Assembly (NCBI RefSeq): GCF_000015585.1 | Contig: NC_008789.1 | Coordinates: 1,500,001 to 1,532,000, forward strand | DNA length: 32,000 bases | From: Halorhodospira halophila SL1 | GTDB taxonomy: Bacteria > Pseudomonadota > Gammaproteobacteria > Nitrococcales > Halorhodospiraceae | Reading direction: 5' to 3' | Shown here: positions 12,168-23,282 of the stretch, piece by piece | Layout of the letters: each line of letters begins with the position of its first letter | Position numbering within the stretch: position 1 is the first letter of the stretch | The notes under the pieces: model-generated | Database searches by the model: none | Told to the model about the DNA's origin: nothing | What the model saw: only the letters and a program-made list of their open reading frames with translations | Position numbers and translations under genes: made by a program

Positions 12168-14438
12168 CTACGCCCCCTCGGTATCCCTCTCCCGGACGTG
12201 GATGGTCAGCTCGCCATCCTCGACCGTGACCTCGACCTCGCCACCACCGGTCAGCTCGCCGAAGAGCAGCTGCTCGGCCAGCGGCTTCTTGATGTGCTGC
12301 TGGATGACTCGGGCCATCGGGCGTGCACCCATCTGCGGGTCATAGCCCTTCTCCCCGATCCACCGTCGCGCGTCGCCGTCGACGACCAGGGTGACACGCT
12401 TCTCGGCCAGCTGCACCGACAGCTCGCGGATGAACTTGTCGACCACCCGCTGCACGGTGTCCTGACCCAGGGGCTGGAACTGCACCACCGCATCGATGCG
12501 GTTGCGGAACTCCGGGGAGAAGGTCCGCCGGATCGCCTCCATGCTGTCCTGGGTGTCGCTCTCGTTGGTGAAGCCGATCGAGCGCTTGCTCATCTCCTCA
12601 GCCCCGGCGTTGGTGGTCATCACCAGCACCACGTTGCGGAAGTCCGCCTCGCGGCCGTTGTTGTCCGTCAGCGTGCCGTGATCCATCACCTGCAGCAGCA
12701 GGTTGAACACGTCCGGATGGGCCTTCTCGATCTCGTCGAGCAGCAGTACCGAGTGCGGGTGCTTGATGACCTCCTCGGTGAGCAGCCCGCCCTGGTCGTA
12801 GCCGACGTACCCCGGAGGGGCACCGATCAGCCGCGAGACGGTGTGCCGCTCCATATACTCGGACATGTCGAAGCGGATCATCTGGACACCGGTCACCTCG
12901 GCCAACTGTCGGGTCACCTCGGTCTTGCCCACGCCGGTGGGACCGGCAAACAGGAAGGTGCCCACCGGCCGATCCGGCGTACCCAGCCCGGCCCGAGACA
13001 TCTTGATGGTCGACGCCAGGCTCTCGATGGCCTCGTCCTGACCGAAGATCAGTCCCTTGAGCTCGCCCTCGAGGTTCTCGAGCACCTTCATGTCCTGGCT
13101 GGAGACCCGCTTGGGGGGGATCCGCGCGATCTTCGCCACGATCGACTCGATATCCGGCAGGCCCACCGTCTTGCGCCGCTTCGAGCGCGGGCGCAGGCGC
13201 AGCCGGGCGCCGGCCTCGTCGATGACGTCGATGGCCTTGTCGGGCAGGCGCCGGTCATTGATGTACTTGGCCGACAACTCCGCCGCCGCTTGCAGGGCTG
13301 GCTCCGTGAAGCGGACATTGTGGTGCTCCTCGAAGCGGCTCTTCAGCCCCTTGAGGATCTGGACGGTATCCTCCACCGACGGCTCGCTGACATCGATCTT
13401 CTGGAAGCGCCGGGCCAGGGCCCGATCCTTTTCGAAGATACCGCGGTACTCCTGATACGTGGTCGATCCGATGCAGCGCAGCTCGCCGGAGGCGAGCATC
13501 GGCTTGATCAGGTTCGAGGCGTCCATCACCCCACCGGAGGCCGACCCAGCTCCGATGATGGTGTGGATCTCGTCGATGAACAGGATGGAGCCGCTGTCCT
13601 TTTTGAGCTGGTGGAGCAACGCCTTGAGGCGCTTCTCGAAGTCGCCACGGTACTTGGTACCGGCCACCAGGGCACCGAGATCCAGCGAGTAGATAGTGCT
13701 CTCCCGGAGCACCTCCGGCACCTCGCCCTCGACGATCTGCTTGGCCAGCCCCTCGGCGATGGCGGTCTTGCCGACACCGGCCTCGCCGACGAACAGCGGG
13801 TTGTTCTTGCGGCGCCGGCAGAGCACCTGGACCGTCCGCTCGATCTCGTAACGACGACCGATCAGCGGGTCGATCTGCCCGGAGCGGGCCCGCTGATTCA
13901 GGTTGGTGGCGTACTGCTCCAGCGGCGACCCGCCCTGGGTCGGCTCCGCTGCGCCCTCTTCATCCGCCGGGCCACTCTCTTCCTTGCCCATGTCTTCTTC
14001 ACCCCCGACCGAGGAGATGCCGTGGGAAATGTAGTTCACCACGTCCAGGCGAGAGATGTTCTGCTTGTGCAGAAAGTAGACCGCCTGGGACTCCTGCTCG
14101 CTGAAGATGGCCACCAGTACGTTGGCTCCGGTGACCTCACGCTTGCCGGAGGACTGCACGTGGAGGATGGCGCGCTGCAGGACCCGCTGGAACCCGAGCG
14201 TCGGCTGCGTCTCGCGGCTGTCGTTTACCGGGAGCAGCGGCGTGGTCTCGGACAGGAAGGCTTGTAACTCCCCCCGCAGCCGCTCGAGATCGGCGCCACA
14301 GGCCTTGAGCACCTGCGAGGCAGCGGGGTTGTCGGTCAAGGCCAGCAAGAGGTGCTCAACGGTGAGGAACTCGTGGCGCTTCTCCCGTGCGTCCTTGAAA
14401 GCCAGATTGAGCGTGAACTCTAACTCTTTACTTAGCAT
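12168..14438 (-). CDS. clpA: ATP-dependent Clp protease ATP-binding subunit ClpA
   Basis: 756 aa. Clp N-domain repeat and two AAA+ modules (Walker [10 protein letters not shown] and GPTGVGKTE). It lies directly downstream of clpS. Confidence 0.97.
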   Translation of the reverse strand: MLSKELEFTLNLAFKDAREKRHEFLTVEHLLLALTDNPAASQVLKACGADLERLRGELQAFLSETTPLLPVNDSRETQPTLGFQRVLQRAILHVQSSGKREVTGANVLVAIFSEQESQAVYFLHKQNISRLDVVNYISHGISSVGGEEDMGKEESGPADEEGAAEPTQGGSPLEQYATNLNQRARSGQIDPLIGRRYEIERTVQVLCRRRKNNPLFVGEAGVGKTAIAEGLAKQIVEGEVPEVLRESTIYSLDLGALVAGTKYRGDFEKRLKALLHQLKKDSGSILFIDEIHTIIGAGSASGGVMDASNLIKPMLASGELRCIGSTTYQEYRGIFEKDRALARRFQKIDVSEPSVEDTVQILKGLKSRFEEHHNVRFTEPALQAAAELSAKYINDRRLPDKAIDVIDEAGARLRLRPRSKRRKTVGLPDIESIVAKIARIPPKRVSSQDMKVLENLEGELKGLIFGQDEAIESLASTIKMSRAGLGTPDRPVGTFLFAGPTGVGKTEVTRQLAEVTGVQMIRFDMSEYMERHTVSRLIGAPPGYVGYDQGGLLTEEVIKHPHSVLLLDEIEKAHPDVFNLLLQVMDHGTLTDNNGREADFRNVVLVMTTNAGAEEMSKRSIGFTNESDTQDSMEAIRRTFSPEFRNRIDAVVQFQPLGQDTVQRVVDKFIRELSVQLAEKRVTLVVDGDARRWIGEKGYDPQMGARPMARVIQQHIKKPLAEQLLFGELTGGGEVEVTVEDGELTIHVRERDTEGA

Positions 14439-14520
14439 GCCCTATTACCTCGCCTGGGGCTTGACCGGGGAACCACCCCCGGATTGGACCGGACAACCGC
14501 GCCACGGTTCCTGGAACGAT

Positions 14521-14841
14521 TCAAGCTTCCTCCATCGTACACAGTAGCGGGTGCTCGTGCTCGCGGGCGTAGTCGTTGACTTGGGAGACCTTGGTCTCGG
14601 CCACGTCCCGACTGTAGACGCCACACACCCCCTTACCCCGCGTGTGCACGTGAAGCATGATCTGGGTCGCCTGGCTCCGATCCTTGTTGAAGAAGCGCTG
14701 CAGCACCTCGACCACAAAATCCATCGGCGTGTAGTCATCGTTCAGCAGCACCACCTTGTACATCGGTGGCTGCTTGAGCGACGGCTTCGCCGCTTCAACC
14801 TCGGGGCCCTGCGGGTCGTCTTGGTTCGGCTCGTCGGTCAT
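14521..14841 (-). CDS. clpS: ClpA adaptor / N-degron recognin ClpS
   Basis: 106 aa. ..[29 protein letters not shown]......[22 protein letters not shown] is colinear with E. coli ClpS. Confidence 0.95.
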   Translation of the reverse strand: MTDEPNQDDPQGPEVEAAKPSLKQPPMYKVVLLNDDYTPMDFVVEVLQRFFNKDRSQATQIMLHVHTRGKGVCGVYSRDVAETKVSQVNDYAREHEHPLLCTMEEA

Positions 14842-14901
14842 CGCCCTTCATTTTATAGAGTCGCGCGCGAACCGGCCAATGTCAGAGCGCACCGTCACCA
14901 T

Positions 14902-14939
14902 AAAAAAACCCCGGGGCGGTGGCTACACCGTCCCGGGGT
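14902..14939 (-). terminator. Rho-independent terminator of aceA
   Basis: On the minus strand: ACCCCGGGaCGGTG-tagc-CACCGcCCCGGGGT (about 14 bp with one G:U) followed by TTTTTTT. It lies 34 nt after the aceA stop and upstream of clpS. Confidence 0.6.
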
Positions 14940-14972
14940 CCTGAGGCTTCGCGCGTCGGGGCGCGACCGACG

Positions 14973-16241
14973 TTAGAACTGCTCTTCCTCCGTCGACCCC
15001 TTCAGCGCTGTCACCGAGGACTGGCCGCCCTGGATCACGTTGGTGACCTGGTCGAAGTAGCCGGCGCCCACCTCCCGCTGGTGACGGGTCGCGGTGTAAC
15101 CGTGTTTCTCCGCGGCAAACTCCGCCTGCTGCAGCTCGGAGTACGCCTCCATCTGCCGCTCCTTGTAGCCGCGGGCCAGCTCGAACATCGAGTAGTTGAG
15201 CGAGTGGAAGCCGGCCAGCGTGATGAACTGGAACTTGAAGCCCATCTTACCGAGCTCATCCTGGAACTTGCGGATGGTGGCCTCGTCCAGGTTGCCCGCC
15301 CAATTGAACGACGGCGAGCAGTTGTAGGCGAGCAGCTTGCCGGGATACTTCTCGTGAATGGCCTGCGCGAATTCGCGGGCGAATTCGAGATCCGGCTTGC
15401 CGGTCTCGCACCAGATCACGTCGGCGTAAGGGGCGTAGGCGAGGCCGCGGCTGATGGCCTGCTCGATGCCCGGCTTGGTGCGGAAAAAGCCCTCCGCAGT
15501 GCGCTCGCCGGTAATGAACGGCTTGTCGTTGTCGTCCACGTCGGAGGTCAGCAGGTCTGCCGCCTCGGCGTCCGTACGGGCGACCAGGATGGTCGGCACA
15601 TCCATGGTGTCGGCCGCCAGGCGCGCAGCGATGAGCTTCTGCACCGCCTCCTGGGTGGGCAGCAGCACCTTGCCGCCCATGTGGCCGCACTTCTTCACCG
15701 AAGCCAGCTGATCCTCGAAGTGGACCCCCGCGGCACCGGCGCGGATCATCCCCTTCATCAGCTCAAAGGCGTTCAGCACGCCGCCGAAACCGGCCTCGGC
15801 GTCCGCCACGATGGGCTTCATGAAGTCGAACGGCGGGTTGCCCTCGGCGTGGTTGATCTCGTCGGCGCGCAGCAGCGCGTTGTTGATGCGATCGACCACC
15901 GCAGGGACTGAGTTCGCCGGGTAGAGCGACTGGTCGGGATACATGGTCTGACCGAGGTTGGCGTCGGCGGCCACCTGCCAGCCCGAGAGGTAGATGGCGT
16001 TGAGCCCGGCCTTGACCTGCTGCAGGGCCTGGTTGCCGGTCAGGGCGCCGAGGGCGTTGACGTAGGGCATCTCGTGCATGGACTGCCACAGCTTCTCTGC
16101 ACCCTGGCGCGCCAGGCTGTACTCGACGTGCACGGTCCCCCGGAGACGGACGACCTCATCGGCCCCGTAGCCCCGCTGCACCCCTTTCCAGCGCGGGTTC
16201 TCCGCCCAGTCACGCTCAATCGCCGCTTGATCTTTCAACAT
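14973..16241 (-). CDS. aceA: Isocitrate lyase
   Basis: Internal ATG at 16241 of the 458-aa ORF, with a GGGAGG RBS 9 nt upstream. [21 protein letters not shown]... and the catalytic loop ..[20 protein letters not shown].. match. The protein is colinear with E. coli AceA through ..[12 protein letters not shown]. Confidence 0.95.
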   Translation of the reverse strand: MLKDQAAIERDWAENPRWKGVQRGYGADEVVRLRGTVHVEYSLARQGAEKLWQSMHEMPYVNALGALTGNQALQQVKAGLNAIYLSGWQVAADANLGQTMYPDQSLYPANSVPAVVDRINNALLRADEINHAEGNPPFDFMKPIVADAEAGFGGVLNAFELMKGMIRAGAAGVHFEDQLASVKKCGHMGGKVLLPTQEAVQKLIAARLAADTMDVPTILVARTDAEAADLLTSDVDDNDKPFITGERTAEGFFRTKPGIEQAISRGLAYAPYADVIWCETGKPDLEFAREFAQAIHEKYPGKLLAYNCSPSFNWAGNLDEATIRKFQDELGKMGFKFQFITLAGFHSLNYSMFELARGYKERQMEAYSELQQAEFAAEKHGYTATRHQREVGAGYFDQVTNVIQGGQSSVTALKGSTEEEQF

Positions 16242-16517
16242 CAGTCTCTGCCTCCCAAGTCGGGCTGGTACACCGTACCCCCGAAAATCTTGTATGACGG
16301 TCAATGGCTGTCGGCCCGAGGGGCCGTCGCGGTTGCCCTCGTGGGGCACGAACCCCGGGCGGGGTTAACCCGGGGCCCAGAACCCGTACCGCTGCGTTTG
16401 GCAGGCGTCTGCAGCCGGGTGGCGCGCTGCCGCGCCTGACTAACGCGTCATTGATAGTATGGCGCGCCGCAGCATTTGACAATATTTCCCAAACTATATT
16501 GCATATTGATCGGCCCA

Positions 16518-17525
16518 ATGACTGAAGATCGAATAGCCTTGGATCACGAGTCCCCTCGTCATTACTATCGACACAACCGGCTCAAGCAACTGCGCGCCTT
16601 CTGCCACGCCGCTCAGGAGCGCAGCATCTCCCGCGCCGCCGAGCGCCTGGAGCTGAGCCAGCCGTCCGTATCGCTGCAGATCCAGGCCCTCGAGCGCGAG
16701 ATGGGGATCACCCTGTTCGAGCGCCGTGGCCCGCGCATCCGGCTGACGCCCGACGGCGAGGGGCTCTACGAGGTCGCGGCACCGCTGGTCGAGGGCATCG
16801 ACTCGCTGCCCGAGCAGTTCGTCGCCCGCAACCGTCGACAACAGCTCGGCCACCTGGACATCGCCGCCGGCGAGTCGACCTCGCTCTACGTCCTGCCCGA
16901 TCTGCTGCGCTCGTTCATGGTGCACCACCCTAAGGTCCACGTCCGCCTGCACAACCTCATCGGCGAGGAGCAGATCCATGCCGTGCAGCAGGATCGGGTG
17001 GATATCGCCGTCGGTTCGAATCTCGACCTGCCTGACGATATCGTCTACCGGGCGACGCACACCTTCGACCTGAAGCTGATCACCCCGCTGAACCACCCGC
17101 TGGCGGAGAAGGAACAGATCACTCTCGAGGACCTGGCCGCCGGCGAACTGATCCTGCCGCCCCGCCAGCTGACCACCTGGCGCCTGGTCAACCTGATCTT
17201 TCAGCAGCATAGCGTGCCGTATCAGGTCCGCCTCGAGGTGGGCGGCTGGGAGATCATGAAGCGCTACGTCGAGCTCGGCTTCGGTGTCGGCATCGCCAGC
17301 GCCATCTGCTTGACCGGGCAGGAACAGCTGGCCATTCGCGACCTCCCCGAGATCTTCCCGCGCCGCACCTACGGCGTCATGCTGCGCCGCGGGCGCTACC
17401 TCTCCCCGCAGGCCCGCCGTTTCCTGGAACTGATCGACCCCCAGGGTTTCGGCCAGGCAGCGGAGTGGGACGGCATCGCGGGCAGTCAGGAGAGCGTGCT
17501 GGTCCCCGGCCGTCAGCCGCAATGA
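16518..17525 (+). CDS. LysR-family transcriptional regulator (CysB-like architecture), divergent from aceA
   Basis: Internal ATG at 16518. The HTH is ..LKQLRAFCHAAQERSISRAAERLELSQPSVSLQIQALEREMGITLFERRG.., followed by a LysR substrate-binding domain. Confidence 0.85.
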   Translation: MTEDRIALDHESPRHYYRHNRLKQLRAFCHAAQERSISRAAERLELSQPSVSLQIQALEREMGITLFERRGPRIRLTPDGEGLYEVAAPLVEGIDSLPEQFVARNRRQQLGHLDIAAGESTSLYVLPDLLRSFMVHHPKVHVRLHNLIGEEQIHAVQQDRVDIAVGSNLDLPDDIVYRATHTFDLKLITPLNHPLAEKEQITLEDLAAGELILPPRQLTTWRLVNLIFQQHSVPYQVRLEVGGWEIMKRYVELGFGVGIASAICLTGQEQLAIRDLPEIFPRRTYGVMLRRGRYLSPQARRFLELIDPQGFGQAAEWDGIAGSQESVLVPGRQPQ

Positions 17526-17609
17526 GCGTCCGGCTCGCCCCCGGCCTACCGGGGCCACCCTCGGACTGTGGTAGCCTCTCGGCCCGGGACATCTGACAGA
17601 TCCGGCCCC

Positions 17610-18761
17610 ATGACTGAATCCCCCAAGCGAATCGTCGTCGGCCTCTCGGGTGGAGTGGACTCCGCCGTTGCGGCACTGCGCCTGGTCCGCGCCGGTCACG
17701 AGGTGATCGGGCTGTTCATGAAGAACTGGGAAGACGACGACACCCTGACCCAGTGCTCCGCCGAGGACGACATCGCCGCCGCGGTGGCCGTGGCCGAGCA
17801 CCTGGGCATCCCCATCCGCCGGGTGAATTTCGCCGCGCACTATCGGCGAGAAGTCTTCGAGCACGCCCTGCAGGAACTGCGCGCCGGGCGCACGCCGAAC
17901 CCCGATATCCTGTGCAACCGGCACGTCAAGTTCGACCGTTTCCTGCGTCACGCCCGGGAGCAGTTCGAGGCCGACGCCGTCGCCACCGGCCACTACGCCC
18001 GAACCGGCCGCGCCGGCGACGGCGAGCCGGCGCTACTGCGCGGCATCGATCCGAGCAAGGATCAGAGCTACTTCCTCGCCGGCGTCCCGCGCCAGGCACT
18101 GGACGCCGTGCGCTTTCCCCTGGGCGACAGCACCAAGGAGACGGTCCGCGCCGAGGCCCGATCGGCGGCGCTACCCAACTTCGACCGCCCGGACAGCACC
18201 GGGATCTGCTTTATCGGCGAGCGGGATTTCACGCAGTTCATGCAGCGCTACATCGACCCCCACCCCGGGCCGATCCTCACCGAGGACGGGCGGGAAATCG
18301 GCCGCCACTGCGGGCTGGCCTTCTACACCCTGGGGCAACGCCGCGGGCTGGGCATCGGCGGCGATCGCAACCGGGACTCCTCCGCACCCTGGTATGTGGC
18401 CGGCAAGGACGCGCGGCGCAACGCACTGTTCGTCGTCCAGGGCCACGACCATCCCTGGCTCCAGAGTGCCGCGGTCTCGACCGAGCCCTTCCATTGGCTT
18501 GCGCCGGTGCCCGCCGAGGGGGCCCGGCTGCATGCTCAGGTGCGCTACCGCCAGGAGCCGCAGGCCGGCCAGCTGTCCCACGCTGAAGGCGGTCGGGTGG
18601 TTTTCCGTTTCGATGAACCCCAGCGGGCGGCGACCCCGGGGCAGCACCTGGTTCTCTATGATCGTGAACAGTGCCTGGGTGGGGGGGTCATCGACACCGC
18701 GCACCCGGCCGACCGGAGCGCCCCGCCGGCCCTGCAGACGCAATCGACGGAGGTGGTGTGA
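17610..18761 (+). CDS. mnmA: tRNA-specific 2-thiouridylase MnmA
   Basis: Internal ATG at 17610. ..KRIVVGLSGGVDSAVAA..GLFMKNWEDDD...AGRTPNPDILCN..KF...ATGHYAR... is colinear with E. coli MnmA (PP-loop SGGVDS). Confidence 0.95.
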   Translation: MTESPKRIVVGLSGGVDSAVAALRLVRAGHEVIGLFMKNWEDDDTLTQCSAEDDIAAAVAVAEHLGIPIRRVNFAAHYRREVFEHALQELRAGRTPNPDILCNRHVKFDRFLRHAREQFEADAVATGHYARTGRAGDGEPALLRGIDPSKDQSYFLAGVPRQALDAVRFPLGDSTKETVRAEARSAALPNFDRPDSTGICFIGERDFTQFMQRYIDPHPGPILTEDGREIGRHCGLAFYTLGQRRGLGIGGDRNRDSSAPWYVAGKDARRNALFVVQGHDHPWLQSAAVSTEPFHWLAPVPAEGARLHAQVRYRQEPQAGQLSHAEGGRVVFRFDEPQRAATPGQHLVLYDREQCLGGGVIDTAHPADRSAPPALQTQSTEVV

Positions 18762-19387
18762 GCGAGTCGCGCGAACAGGAGCAGGCCCTGACCCTGGCTG
18801 TCATCATGCAGTCCGTGCAGTGCATCCGTGAGGTTGCACGCACCGGGGACACCGAGACCAGCCGGTATGAGCCCCTGATCGAGGGCCTACTCGGGGAGTA
18901 CGACGGCTCCACGGACGCCCTCTACGGCGCCGCGCGCCTCGCCCCGGGGCTGCGCCGGGTGGTCGAGCAGCTCGAGGATCCCCAAGAGGCCGATACCACA
19001 CGGTACGTGGCCAGCATCTTCCACCTCGAGCGCCGCCTCATGAAGCGCCAGGCCGTGCTGCAGCGCATCGCCGAGGGCATCGAGCAGGCCCGTAGCCAGG
19101 CGGATTACTTCGAGAATCCCGCGCATACGAGCGTCATCCGCAGCGTCGGTGACCTTTACAGCCAGACCATCAGCGAGATGGGCCCGCGGCTGATGATCCG
19201 CGGCGAGCAGCAGCACCTCGAGAACGAGCGCAACGCGGCGCTGATCCGCGCCCTGCTGTTGTGCGGCATCCGCGGCGCCAGCCTGTGGCGGGACAACGGC
19301 GGCGGCCGGATGACCCTGCTCTTCCGGCGCCAGGCCATTGCCGGAGCGGCCCGGGATCTTCTCGAGGCCTTGCCCACTGAGGCGTGA
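18758..19387 (+). CDS. hflD: High frequency of lysogenization protein HflD homolog
   Basis: The GTG at 18758 overlaps the mnmA stop (GTGA), with GGAGG at 18749-18753. ..[21 protein letters not shown]...[17 protein letters not shown]...[28 protein letters not shown] is colinear with E. coli HflD. The mnmA-hflD order is canonical. Confidence 0.8.
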   Translation: MSESREQEQALTLAVIMQSVQCIREVARTGDTETSRYEPLIEGLLGEYDGSTDALYGAARLAPGLRRVVEQLEDPQEADTTRYVASIFHLERRLMKRQAVLQRIAEGIEQARSQADYFENPAHTSVIRSVGDLYSQTISEMGPRLMIRGEQQHLENERNAALIRALLLCGIRGASLWRDNGGGRMTLLFRRQAIAGAARDLLEALPTEA

Positions 19388-19452
19388 GCGACGCATCAGG
19401 ACTGATTCGATACACTATAAGAAGCGCTGATCGCACAACCACTGGAGGGATC

Positions 19453-22197
<2,745 letters not shown>

Positions 22198-22221
22198 GCG
22201 CCGACTCAGACCGAAGGACAA

Positions 22222-22244
22222 GGGGGTGGCCGCGGGCCACCCCC
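22222..22244 (+). terminator. GC hairpin downstream of acnA (possible terminator, no U-tract)
   Basis: GGGGGTGGCC-gcg-GGCCACCCCC, a 10-bp perfect stem 25 nt after the acnA stop, followed by gccccttcccc. Confidence 0.3.
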
Positions 22245-22384
22245 GCCCCTTCCCCGCAGGCTGTCAGACGACGCTCAGAGCGTCTGCTACGGGCCGTCCG
22301 ATCCCGTGTTGGCAAACCTCCGAAAGCGCCCGAATTAACACCGAATCCCGCTGCGTCAATCAGCCCGCGCCCCGATGAATTCCT

Positions 22385-22435
22385 GCCACCGGGGTTTATA
22401 TCCAGTATCTTCAGGGACAAAACAGGCCACCGGGG
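22385..22435 (+). repeat. Direct repeat GCCACCGGGG x2 (41-bp period), each followed by an A/T-rich run
   Basis: GCCACCGGGGtttatat at 22385 and GCCACCGGGGcatatttttt at 26 bases past 22400 (22426). The repeat lies next to the most AT-rich stretch of the window (22436-22470). Confidence 0.5.
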
Positions 22436-22520
22436 CATATTTTTTCCGTAGAATATCGATTCAAATCACGGGATTCTCGGAAACCCATCGTGTCCGCCCC
22501 AGCCTGCCCAGCCAAGGCCG

Positions 22521-22586
22521 TTGCGCAAAGGGACGGCATTTTGCCGCACACCCTTCACAAACGGGCAGTTGGCGCGTAGTTATACG
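22521..22586 (+). promoter_or_regulatory. Three-box motif upstream of pucBA, shared with the LH1-type operon
   Basis: TTGCGCA (22521-22527), 26 nt, TTCACAAACGGG (22554-22565), 13 nt, GTTATACG (22579-22586). The same boxes, order and spacing occur at 24812-24748 on the minus strand. Confidence 0.3.
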
Positions 22587-22785
22587 TTTTTCTGCGGTGA
22601 TCGCGCAGGGCGGCGCGGCAAGGCAGCGCACCCCGTGCGGCACCGCGCCCCCGAGCGTTGACCGCCACCCGCCCTTCTTGTTTATCTAACCCTGCGACAT
22701 TTGGATGGTGCCCGCTCCATCTCCAGTCCGGTTGATTGGGCGGGTGGTTCGGAGGCTAACGCCTTTCATAAAAGGAGTAGCTACT

Positions 22786-22965
22786 ATGAGAGATCGCGAC
22801 GATTTCGTGGACTTCGACGACCCGAACAGGGTCTGGCCGTCCGGGCTGACCCTGCCGGAGGCGGAGGAGCTGCACAGCTATGTGCTCGACGGCGCGCGCA
22901 TCTTCTTCGGCATCGCCGTGGTTGCGCACGTGCTGGCTTTCGCCTACTCGCCGTGGCTCGGTTAA
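22786..22965 (+). CDS. pucB: Light-harvesting LH2-type beta polypeptide
   Basis: Internal ATG at 22786 with an AAGGAG RBS at 22772-22777. ..[37 protein letters not shown] aligns without gaps to Rbl. acidophilus LH2 beta (..[36 protein letters not shown]). Both BChl-binding His residues are present. Confidence 0.9.
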   Translation: MRDRDDFVDFDDPNRVWPSGLTLPEAEELHSYVLDGARIFFGIAVVAHVLAFAYSPWLG

Positions 22966-22979
22966 GGGAGGGTTAACAC

Positions 22980-23195
22980 ATGAACCAAGCTCGTATTTGG
23001 CTCGTAGTCAAGCCCAGCGTCGGCCTCCCGCTGCTGCTGGGTGTTGTGCTGCTGATCGCCCTGCTGGTGCACGGCGCGATCCTGACGAACACCAGCTGGT
23101 ACCCCAGCTACTTTGAGGGCAACGCCGCGGCCGAGATCCCGGCCTCGGAGATTGCCGAGGGCGACGCGCTGGCAACGCGCGAGTCGATGGTGTAA
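22980..23195 (+). CDS. pucA: Light-harvesting LH2-type alpha polypeptide
   Basis: 71 aa with a [57 protein letters not shown] aligns without gaps to Rbl. acidophilus LH2 alpha ([47 protein letters not shown]). Confidence 0.9.
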   Translation: MNQARIWLVVKPSVGLPLLLGVVLLIALLVHGAILTNTSWYPSYFEGNAAAEIPASEIAEGDALATRESMV

Positions 23196-23236
23196 ATCCG
23201 CCTTTGCGGATGTCAGCCCATTGACGGCTCGACACT

Positions 23237-23269
23237 GGGGCGGGGTCCGCGGATCTCGCCCCTTTTCTT
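23237..23269 (+). terminator. Rho-independent terminator/attenuating hairpin after pucBA
   Basis: GGGGCGGGGTCC..GGATCTCGCCCC (about 10-11 bp including two G:U) followed by TTTTCTT. A smaller hairpin, ATCCGC-cttt-GCGGAT, sits at 23196-23211. The def ATG follows only 14 nt after the U-tract starts. Confidence 0.6.
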
Positions 23270-23282
23270 GTCAGGAACCCCC

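Noticed and set aside
12198-14267. 689-aa plus-strand ORF, the longest unassigned ORF in the window.
   Set aside because: It lies exactly antisense to clpA, whose product is unambiguous. Its translation is a low-complexity Leu/Arg/Gly/Asp/His-rich sequence with no recognisable motif. This is a typical high-GC antisense artefact.
16476-16500. Perfect TTGACA hexamer with TATATT downstream in the aceA-lysR intergenic region, considered as a sigma70 promoter.
   Set aside because: The spacer is only 13 nt. Alternative -10 choices at 15-17 nt are poor. It is kept only as part of the AT-rich putative LysR-box island.
16494-17993. 499-aa minus-strand ORF spanning the LysR gene and the mnmA 5' end.
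   Set aside because: It is antisense to two well-supported genes and crosses their intergenic region. The composition is Gly/Ala/Arg/Leu-rich without motifs.
22542-22559. Possible PpsR/CrtJ operator (TGT-N12-ACA) upstream of pucBA.
   Set aside because: The sequence is TGC-N12-ACA and is not palindromic internally. No true TGT-N12-ACA was seen by eye upstream of either antenna operon. A computational scan should confirm this.
22375-22689. 104-aa ORF inside the pucBA upstream region. It might have been a pucC/pufQ-like accessory gene.
   Set aside because: There is no RBS and no TM helices. It spans the AT-rich island and the repeat boxes, and the translation has no family resemblance.
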